Source: Azolla caroliniana
Lineage: Eukaryota; Plantae; Polypodiophyta
Direction: 5' to 3'
Assembly: GCA_043228905.1 (NCBI GenBank)
Contig: JBHGNT010000775.1
Coordinates: 1 to 15,836 of the forward strand
Length of the DNA: 15,836 nt
The position numbers and the translations under genes were made by a program. The notes beneath the pieces were generated by a model that was given only the letters and a program-made list of their open reading frames with translations, searched no databases and was not told the origin of the DNA. This document shows, one piece after another, positions 1 through 8,789 of this stretch (positions are counted from its first letter, which is position 1; each line of letters begins with the position of its first letter).

Positions 1-42
1 AAGCAGTGGTATAACGAGTGGTAACGGCCTCCCTCCTTGGGC

Positions 43-49
43 TATAAAA
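43..49 (+). promoter_or_regulatory. TATA box of LTR
   Basis: GCTATAAAAG in a typical LTR promoter context. Confidence 0.5.
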
Positions 50-226
50 GAGAGGGGGAGGTATTGTAAAAAGGGAATCGTGTTTTGTGGAGGACAAAGT
101 GCTGCCGAACTGGAACCGAATTCTTCTCCTCTGTCTTCTCCATAGTCGTTCTGTGCAGGTTTCGGGAGGCTGACTCTGCTCCGCGGAATGCCTGAGTGCT
201 TCCAGCAGAGTCTCCATCTCCCGTTC

Positions 227-250
227 TGTGTGTGTGTGTGTGTGTGTGTG
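227..250. repeat. (TG)12 microsatellite
   Basis: Read directly from the sequence. Confidence 0.95.
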
Positions 251-942
251 CAGGCGTCGGAGCCTATCACTTGCCAGCTTGTCGGTTGTAACTCCTTGAT
301 TTATATATACATATACATTCGTTCTGTCTCGATTGTTCAGAGTTAGTTGCAATTCCTGTGAATCTGTGTGTCTGTGCGCATATGAAGTACATCGGTAGTT
401 TCCGTCCCCTCTTCTCATTCGGTTATTTCTCGATCCAAGGCCCCCGTGGTCCCGCCTCGTTCTCCATGCACGCGCGTAACAACGCGACAACATTCTTCCC
501 AAATCCGGAAGAAGGGCCAACAGTGGTAGACACAAACAGTCCAGAAATCACCGCCATCTGACGGGAACCTAACGTTCCCTATGCGCAACGCTCGGCCACA
601 ACCGAGATTCTTTTCATACACAGAAAAACGGGAAATACAACACGATACAAAGGAGAGGAAGATACACACACACTACACAGGAGGTTAACGTGGAAAACCC
701 CAAACTGGAGGAAAAACCACGGCAGCCCACAGGCTGCAAACTGTCACTATGTATGAATGTACAAAACAGTGAGTTCTCGGAGGCAACGACCTCGGACTCA
801 CGCTCTTCGCCACAGGCGGCGGTTACAACAGAGGCAACGACCTCGTTCTCTCTCTCTCTCTCTGTACAGTTACGCGCTCTCTCTTTTTCTTGCACCAACA
901 AGGAAGAATAACAACAACATAATATTAGTTTGCCCTAAGTCA

Positions 943-950
943 TATTTATA
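943..950 (-). promoter_or_regulatory. TATA box of solo LTR
   Basis: TATAAATA on the minus strand, downstream of the U3 repeat array. Confidence 0.55.
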
Positions 951-1028
951 CTAATATGACTTTTCGGCTATTTACAAATATAGCCACAATGGGCTCTCAG
1001 AAACATATTTACGAATATGTCTCTTCCT

Positions 1029-1453
1029 CCGGTTCATACCGGGCCTCCACCATCCGGCTCTCCGTAGCCGGGTACTCCTCATCCGGTTCATACCGGGCCT
1101 GCACCATCCGGCTCTCCGTAGCCGAGTACTCCTCATCCGGTTCATACTGGGCCTGCACCATTCGGCTCTCCGTAGCCGGGTACTCCTCATCCGGTTCACA
1201 CCGGGTCTGTATCATCCGGCTCTCCGTAGCCGGGTACTCCTCATACCGTTTCATACCGGGCCTGCACCATCCGGCTCTCCGTAGCCGGGTACTCCTCATC
1301 CGGTTCACACCGGGTCTGTATCATCCGGCTCTCCGTAGCCGGGTACTCCTCACACCGTTTCATACCGGGCCTGCACCATCCGGCTCTCCGTAGCCGGGTA
1401 CTCCTCATCCGGTTCACACCGGGTCTGTATCATCCGGCTCTCCGTAGTCGGGT
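1029..1453. repeat. 54/55-bp tandem repeat, ~7.8 copies, in U3 of the solo LTR
   Basis: Units start at 1029, 1083, 1137, 1191, 1246, 1300, 1355 and 1409. Consensus CCGGTTCATACCGGGCCTGCACCATCCGGCTCTCCGTAGCCGGGTACTCCTCAT. Confidence 0.97.
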
Positions 1454-4400
1454 CTGTTCGTCGGCACTGTTCTTCTCCCTTCCCATCCGGAGGGACCTGT
1501 CTCCCAACACCATCGTCAAAGGACGCGAACTACCAGGAACGATTGTGGACGAAGGATCAAGCGTGAAGGTGATCAATCTACGGATTTGTAATACCCTGGG
1601 AATCTAGGAATGGGAGCCTTGGTCGTTTTGGCTCCGGATGGCGGATACAAGTTCGGTAAGACCTACTGGTTTGATACGAGACCTAGAGGTAACTATCGGA
1701 GGTCGCGCATTCCGCATTTCGGCAGTGGTTCTCCAGCTCAATGCACAAGGGGCTTACCCGCTGTTGTTGGGCCGCCCATGGCTAAAAACGGCACATATCA
1801 AACAAAACTGGCGGAAAAACATGATTACCTTCCGACGAGGGAAGACAAAAATAAGGGTACCTACCCACCCTCGAGCCAGTACCAGCAAGGAGCTGACGCC
1901 GCTATATGCGAAAGGTGTGAACATGCTCAAGGGGCTTGCGGACAAAGAGGTCGACCAGTGCTTAGATGAAAACCCAAAAATCATACCCCTATTTGAAATC
2001 GATGTGGCGGAAGTAGTGTCACCATATAGAATGCAATCAGACGACGCCATCGAGGAACTAGATCAGGAAGCTATCAGAGAATTACGGCAAGCATAGGAAG
2101 CTCTAGAGAGAGAGATGGCGATATCCCAACGTGTGAAAGCATCCCAGTTAGAGGAAGTGAACTTAGGGACCGGGGACGACACCAGACTAGTGCATATTGC
2201 TAAGGAAATGTCACCGGACAACAGGACGACGATGATCACTTTATTAAAGGAGTTCCGAGACGTATTTGCTTGGTCCTATGAAGACATGCGGGGGCTGCAT
2301 CCTCACTTGTACCAACATCAAATACACCTCAGTAAGGATGCCAAACCGGTAGCACAACGACGTTACCGGATGAACCCCAACTATACAGCAAAAGTCAAAG
2401 AGGAAATTGACAAGTTGCTACGGGTCGGTTTTATCCGACCAGTGAAAAAAACTACATGGTTAAGTTAAGCCCCATAGTTGTCATAGCAAAAAAGAACGGT
2501 AAGATCCGGGTGTGCGTTGATTACCGAAAACTCAATGTGGCGACGGTGACCGACGCCTTTCCACTATCGTTTACAGATGGAATGTTGGATGCGGTAGCCG
2601 GGCCAACACCTCCGGCTATGTCTTGAGAAATGCAGGAGTTATCGGCTAAGTCTAAATCCAGCAAAGTGTGTGTTCAGAGTAACAAGTGGCGCATTGTTGG
2701 GCCATCTTGTCAGCAATGACGGGATCGCAATAGACCCCGATAAGGTGAAAGAAATCTTAGAAGCCCCGGCACCTTCCACGGCCAAAGCGTTGAATCGGTT
2801 TCTAGGACAAATCCGGTGGCATAGCCGAATGCTCCGGTATTTGGCCAATCTGGCTACACCATTGCATGCAGCAGTTCACTGGACACCATTCCAATGGACA
2901 AATACGGAGGATGAGGCTTACCGGGCACTAAAAGTACTACTGTCACAAGCGTTAGTTGTGGAACCACCGAACTGGTCAAAAGAATTCCATGTGTTCGTAG
3001 ATGCATCCGACATAGCAATCGACAGCGCACTAATGCAACTGATTGAACTGAAATGGTACCGACCGGTCTATTACGCTAGCCGGAAGCTATCCCAAGCGGA
3101 ACACAATTATTCAAGAACGGAAAGAAAAGCCTTAGGGATGATTTACAGTGTTACCAAGTTCAGGCACTATTTATTGGGAAGGAAATTTTCTTTCCATGTC
3201 GACCACTCAGCGCTATTGTATTTCGTCTCAAAGGCATCACTTAGCGGCAAGCTGGCCCGATGGACATTGTTGCTACAAGAGTTCGAATTCGAAATATATC
3301 ACCGGCCGGGAATACAGCATGCGGTTGCCGATTATCTAAGCCGGTTAGACTCCGGTGAGACCGGCGACGGTGTCCCGGATGAGTTTCCGGATGCTAACTT
3401 GTTTAAAGTAACAGTCGAAACGGCAGCCGATAGCACGGTAGCTGACGAAGACAAGTGGCTAACCAACATGCATCAATTACTAAGCACAGGACTCCCACCG
3501 GAGGAGATGAACCGGGATGAGCAAAAGCGGTTAGCAGTACAAAGCCGACATTTTTGTCTAGTACAGGACACCCTGTACCACAAAGACGTGGATGGCATAT
3601 GGCGGCGAGTAGTGCGCAATGATGAAAAGGACACAATATTACGAGAAGCACATTGCGGCGTTGCCGGAGGGCACTATGCCGGGGACGCTACGGCAAGAAA
3701 GATATGCACAATGAGCTATGGTGGCTGACGACACTGAAGGACTCAATTCGGTACGCAAAAGTCTGTGATTTATGTCAACGGATGGGCCAACCAACAGAAC
3801 AAGCAAGGATGCCTCACCAACCAGGTGCTACCCTTAGAACCATTTCAGAAATGGGGGCTGGATTTCGTTGGGCCATTTAAACCTTCGGCAATGAGAACCG
3901 GCAACAGATATGTCATAGTCGCCACCGATTATTGCACCAAGTGGGTAGAAACCAAGGCGTTGCGGGACAACACTACGGCTTCAACGGCAAAGTTCTTATA
4001 TGAGTACATCTAGTGCCAGTATGGATGCCTGATTGAGTTAATTAGAGACCAAGGTGGACATTTTCTTGGTTAAGTAGTGGAGAGCTTGACAACATTTTAC
4101 GCAATGGTACACAAGCGTAGTACCCCTTACTATCCACAGGCCAATGGCCTGGCCGAATCCACGAACAAAACGCTCCAAAACATCCTACGAAAGATCGTCA
4201 ATGAAAACCAGACCGAATGGGACACCAAGCTACATAGTGCACTATGGGCATACCGAACAGCATACAAAACGAGTATCCGGTCAACACCATTCCGGTTAGC
4301 ATTTGGACTTAACGCAGTAATGTCGATCGAATTTCAGGTTCCGAGTTTGCAGATACAAGTTAGAGAACGACTAAGTGAAATGGAATCGGAAAAGATCTGG

Positions 4401-4886
4401 TTAGCCACATTATGTGAACTCGAGGAACATCGGATAGCAAGTCTCATGCAGTTGGAGCTAGAGCAGCGACGAAGGAAGGCGTTTGTCGATCGGCATCGGA
4501 AGGGCAATGAGAAGATGTTCAGGATCGGAAAGCTGGTACTCGTGTTCCAGACCCGGATGGGTCAGATGCAGGGAAAGCTACGGTTCCGGTGGACTGGACA
4601 GTATTGGATAACACGGGAATTCAACGGTTAATACCAGCTCGGAACGCTAACCGGTGAGATAATGGGCAAATGGGTCAATGGGTTTCGACTTAAACCGTAT
4701 TGTGAACCAATGCCACAGAACCCGTTCGAACAGACGGAGGACGATACAATAATAGGAAGCAGGGAAAAATTACCCGACAGGCAGGCAAAGCCAGCGTTAC
4801 TGGATAACAACGAATAGGTTACCGGCACAAGTGAATATGGGGAAAACCCGGGATACGAACCCGGTACTTCCGGTTAACTCAAACTC

Positions 4887-4931
4887 AAAAGGAAAAAAAA
4901 AAAGAAAAAAAAGAAAAAAAAAGAAGAAAAG
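4887..4931 (+). repeat. 45-nt A-rich pure-purine tract between pol and extra ORF
   Basis: AAAAGGAAAAAAAAAAAGAAAA...GAAGAAAAG read directly. Confidence 0.9.
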
Positions 4932-5082
4932 TCATCATGCAGAGGCGAGGAGCGAACAAGCACTTTGAAAAGGTGTGGTGGGTGGCTAATTAAAGCTTTT
5001 AAAGATAGGCGCACCACGTGTCAACCAACTGCTATATTAGTACAAGAAGTGCATTCGCGGGAATCAAGAAAAGGCGCCATGC

Positions 5083-8000
5083 ATGGAGAAAGAAAACCCA
5101 CACCACGTAGAGTCCCTTTCATTTCGTGAACACAGAGATCTCAACGTGCACAGGAGATTACGAGTAATCAGGCGAGAGCACGTAGAGCACGCAGGCGCAA
5201 CCATCTTACCACAACCTACCGACTCTGAAGACGACATGGAATGCATGGTACTCTCAAAAGCGGCTAAGAAATGGCTGAAGCAACATGGTCTAGAGGGATT
5301 CTTGCGGATAATCGAAGCACCGCCACATGGAGACGCGGAAAATGTCGTTAAAAACATCGACACGGAGGTCATCACCGAGGAGGCCATCCGAGCCATGACC
5401 GGCCTACCGAAAGGAGGAATATACTCGATCGACGACCCTTCGCCGGAGCAACTGACAAGGTATTTTGGGGAATACTCTCTAGGCAGCAAGGCGTATCGAA
5501 CGCAAGGCGGTGAAGATCTCTTGTTTCAGGAAGTTGCTCAGGTACTCCACGAGTATGGCCATGTGTACCCTCGACCCCCGACGATGCCCAGGAATAGAGT
5601 CGGTTTGATCATAGCCACCTACGAGGGAGTACAGGTGGATTGGCCGATAATGATTGCCGACGGCCTGAGCGCTACCATCGTCTCGATAAAAGATGGCAAA
5701 AATATGTGGACAACAGTGGCGCAATGGCTCACTCTGTTAGCACCACAGGTGGAGCCCGTAAAACAAAGGAAGAGGGGAAGATCGACAGAAGCGATCCCCA
5801 AAATAGCTTCAAAATGGCAGCAACTCCTAGCTACCCAGGTGAAGGAACAGCCTAATCGGAAGCGGCTGGCAGAGCAGGATGCCTCGGTGGACACCTTGGG
5901 GAGACCATTGAAAATCAAGTTGCGCTTGCCGGAACATCAAGCAGAGCAGCAACCGGAGAAAACGTCAGGGCAGGACCCCTTGGCGGGGGTAATCAGCAAT
6001 GAGACCCTGGAAGAAGAGCAACAGGACGACGAGCCAACCGAGACGCTGCTACGGCATCGCCAGACAAGAGAAAAAGGACACAAAGGGGAACCATCAAGGC
6101 TCACGGAGGACAATAGACGAGAACCCTCCCCGGAGGAGCCGCAACCGAGGAAGGCGGCAAAACGGGCTCAACAGGACTCGGGGACAGAGCAAGGGCTGCA
6201 GCAAGACATCACGGAACCGGCGGTCTAGAACACGGCAGTACTGGTGAATCAAGAACCGATCATTGAATTGTCGGCATCACCGCCACAGCAACAACAACCA
6301 AAACGGGGGCGGCTGGGGGACGTAACTGTCAATAGGCTCGCGACCAGTGGAAATGCTATCCCACCACCAGAACCAGTACGACCCCAAGGCACCGTTAGTC
6401 GATGGTTCCGTTGGGTGGCAGAACAAGTGACTGGTGTTGTCAGCTAGTTAGAAGCAGAAGATCAAGCGCAGGAAGCCCGGTTGCTAGCCACAACCGAGGA
6501 ATTAGAGATGGCCCGATCAAGAATCAAGAGCATGGAAGAAGACACGGAGAAGGCCAGAACTGCCACGGCCAAGTTGGTCATAGAAGGACCACAGCAATCA
6601 AAACAGGTGGCCCCGATAACTCAACAGAACGACCAAACCCCAGTGACGACGGCGGGCCCAGATACTCATGTCTCGTCAGCACAAGAGCTCGCTAAACTAA
6701 GGGAAGACCTAGCAGCACAAGAATCCTTACGGGCTAGGGAACGAGAATTGAAAATGCGGCGGAGGAGGAACAACGGAGAACGGCCGAAAGCCTCCGCCAA
6801 ACAGAGGAAAGCCTGAGAAGAGCTCATCAAGCGTATGACCGACTGAAAGAAGAGAAAGAAAAACTTATGATGCAAGAAAAAGAGAAACTCTGAAGGACGG
6901 CCGAAGTAGAGATTGAGCGCCTCAAGGAAGAGCTCCATCAACAAAAAGACTGTGAGGACCACGCTCGCTGGCTTATAAATCAAAAGCTCAAACAGAAAAC
7001 CGACAACTTCGACCGACTGCACCGGGATTATAAGCATTTGGATGCCGATCATAAGAAATTGACTACTGAAAGTGATCGGTAGTAGGAAAAGTGCAGAGAA
7101 CTCCGAGAGGAGGTTAATCGGTTGACGACGGCAGTGATGGAAGAGCAGTCGAAGGGAGCCGAACAAGCAAAACAACTAGCGGTAGCAACGAAAGAGCGAT
7201 TGAACCTACAAGTGCAGCACCATGCAGAAACGGAGCACGCTACAATGGCTCTGAACAGAGTTCAGACGACATATCAGACCCAACTCATGCACTACAGAAG
7301 CCAAGAAGTGGCAACCGCAAACCTGATCAAACAATTGAAGGACGAAAAACAGGTCGTGGAAAACAAGTCGAAGATGGGGCTGGGGTGGATCCAGGACATT
7401 GTACTGGCATGGAAGAATCGAACGAAGCAATTGGTGGAAGAAAACTCAGTACAGTGGTGGTCGAAGTGGGCTAAGTAGGCAGCCGAGCTACAATTGTTGC
7501 GGGTAGATGCGGAAAACCGGCGGAAAGAAGGCGACGAAGTTTACATCTTGGATAGAGAAAGCATTGAAACAATAAAGGATGAACTGTCATATGATTTCCT
7601 ATCTTTTGCGGATGAGCAGAGAGTGGCGGTACACGAGTTGGTGGCACAGCTGGGTGATGTCCAGTTGGACAACCAACTCCGCTTTGAGAAGTACGAACGA
7701 GAACGGCAACGGCAAGAAGTGGCCAAGAAAACTGCAGCGATTAGCATAAGTGATGAGGAGCCATCTTCAGAACAAACACCGATTACAGCCGGGGTAAGCC
7801 AACCAGATAATACTCAAGAGGAGCTGCTAGCGAAAAGTCATCGACAAGCCCCGGGGCACGCCAAACAACAAAACCAGGAGACGCCAAGGCCAGTTGAACA
7901 AGAGGAAGAGCCGGTAAAATCAGTTGAGCCGGAAATGGAGACAGAGTTGGTGAGACTGACGGAGATGCCAAGGCCGGGTGAGCCGGAAAAGGAGGAAGAA

Positions 8001-8168
8001 CCGGTCGAACGGACAGAGCCGCAGGTGACGGATGTCAACCAACAGCAGCCAAAGCCAAAGCCGGAGTGGCAAGAGGAGCCGCCACAGCTGCAGATGACAG
8101 AACAACTTCCTGAGGAACCACTGGAACCCTTAGATCAAAGTATTCTGGATATTTTGGAGGATGAATGA
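5083..8168 (+). pseudogene. Retrotransposon 3' extra ORF (~1,030 codons): N-terminal globular domain, acidic/Gln-rich linker, long coiled coil, Pro/Glu-rich tail
   Basis: ORFs 5083, 6244 and 6481 share one frame. After one frameshift near 6750-6755 the frame continues through 7122 and 7494 to TGA 8168. It is interrupted by TAG 6226, TAG 6445, TGA 6891, TAG TAG 7080-7085 and TAG 7476. Confidence 0.8.
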
Positions 8169-8221
8169 AGGCCGGATAGTGGGATTCGACGTACAAGGTA
8201 CTGTCCCACGGGTGTGCCATG

Positions 8222-8602
8222 TGTTGGCCGGCCGGCAAGCGAAGTCCAGAATGGGAAACGAGAGGATAATTAATAACCAGGAGCTAATTATATATTTATT
8301 ATTATTATTTGAGAAGCGAATGGACGAACACGGAATCGGTATGCCGATCCGGATCCGGACCGGTTCATAGCCGGTTGTCGGTTTGTACCTAAAGCCGGAG
8401 ACCTATAAAAAGGGTCGGCTAGATTGTAATCATTAGCGGATAATTAATAGAGTGTTGTTGTTCTGTATCTGAATCATTGTTAATTACCGTTCTTCACTAA
8501 GTGTAAATTATCCTACGCGTGTATTGTGACTAATGATATTGCCACTAGTAACTCATTAAGGATTCGTTAATAGTCGGTCTAACTCTCTATCTCACCGCAA
8601 CA
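8222..8602 (+). mobile_element. Probable 3' LTR of the extra-ORF gypsy element (left boundary uncertain)
   Basis: TGTTGGCCGG at 8222 ... CCGCAACA at 8602, CCTATAAAAAGG at 8402-8413, and a switch to unrelated AT-rich DNA afterwards. No clear PPT upstream. Confidence 0.5.
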
Positions 8603-8789
8603 CCCTTTGGTGAAGTGTCTCAAGGAGACACCTTGTGTTAAGCCATTGTCCGGCCCCTAGCGATAACAAAATCCATTTTGGAATACGACCACAACTATTG
8701 TTATGATATGGTTGTTTTCCAACAACCATAATCACAAGTGCATGATCTAAGGCTTTGCAAACTTGAAACATCATTAGGGTAAAAAGAGA

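Larger units (their letters stand above)
1..492 (+). mobile_element. Partial LTR (5' end outside window) abutting gypsy gag/pro coding sequence
   Basis: CTATAAAAG TATA motif at 42-50 followed by purine-rich then CT/GT-rich R-U5-like sequence. It ends in ...CGCGACAACA (492), after which the protease-leading frame (FFPNPEEGPTVVDTNSPEITAI) runs. The right boundary is inferred and the TSD cannot be checked. Confidence 0.5.
559..1509 (-). mobile_element. Solo LTR (951 bp), minus orientation, with 5-bp TSD CCATC (554-558 / 1510-1514)
   Basis: TG...CA ends with imperfect terminal inverted repeats (TGACGGGA / TCCCAACA) and a perfect 5-bp flanking duplication. Removing it restores the frame ...EITAI|VKGRELPGTIVD. 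Minus-strand TATAAATA at 943-950 and a plant LTR U5-type CCGTGGTTTTTCC...GGGGTTTTCCACGT motif at ~688-722. Confidence 0.9.
493..4817 (+). pseudogene. pol: Ty3/gypsy pol polyprotein pseudogene (protease, RT, RNase H, integrase), split by solo LTR at 559-1509
   Basis: Protease IVDEGSSV (D at 1548) ... YPLLLGRPWLKT. RT: FAWSY, WLSPIV, IRVCVDYRKLN. RNase H: FVDASD, YYASRKL, YSRTERKAL, VDH. Integrase: [43 protein letters not shown]. Multiple stops and frameshifts. Confidence 0.93.
493..8602 (+). mobile_element. Decayed non-chromovirus Ty3/gypsy LTR retrotransposon (Athila/Phygy-like) with 3' extra ORF
   Basis: Domain order PR-RT-RH-INT, with no chromodomain and no additional archaeal-type RNase H seen. 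Integrase C-terminus WTGQY...VNGFRLKPY, then a long extra ORF and an LTR-like end. Confidence 0.85.

Noticed and set aside
614-954. Short ORFs within the solo LTR
   Set aside because: Low-complexity LTR sequence with no recognisable motifs
956-1393. Repeat-protein ORFs (956-1393 +, 972-1199 -, 1009-1308 -)
   Set aside because: They are open only because the 54-bp unit is a multiple of 3, and 55-bp units break the frame
1029-1453. CRISPR-like array
   Set aside because: Units are contiguous near-identical repeats with no unique spacers, there are no cas genes, and the array lies inside an LTR
7495-7507. TGTTGCGG, exact 8-bp inverted match to the LTR end CCGCAACA (8595-8602), as alternative LTR start
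   Set aside because: No PPT upstream, no TSD (ACAAT vs CCCTT), and it lies mid-ORF. It may be chance, and a second LTR copy is needed to decide.
5083-8168. Retroviral-type envelope gene
   Set aside because: No signal peptide, transmembrane helix or fusion-protein features are visible, and the sequence is hydrophilic/coiled-coil
1754-8238. Numerous minus-strand ORFs over pol and the extra ORF
   Set aside because: They are antisense shadows of the + strand coding sequence with no independent motifs
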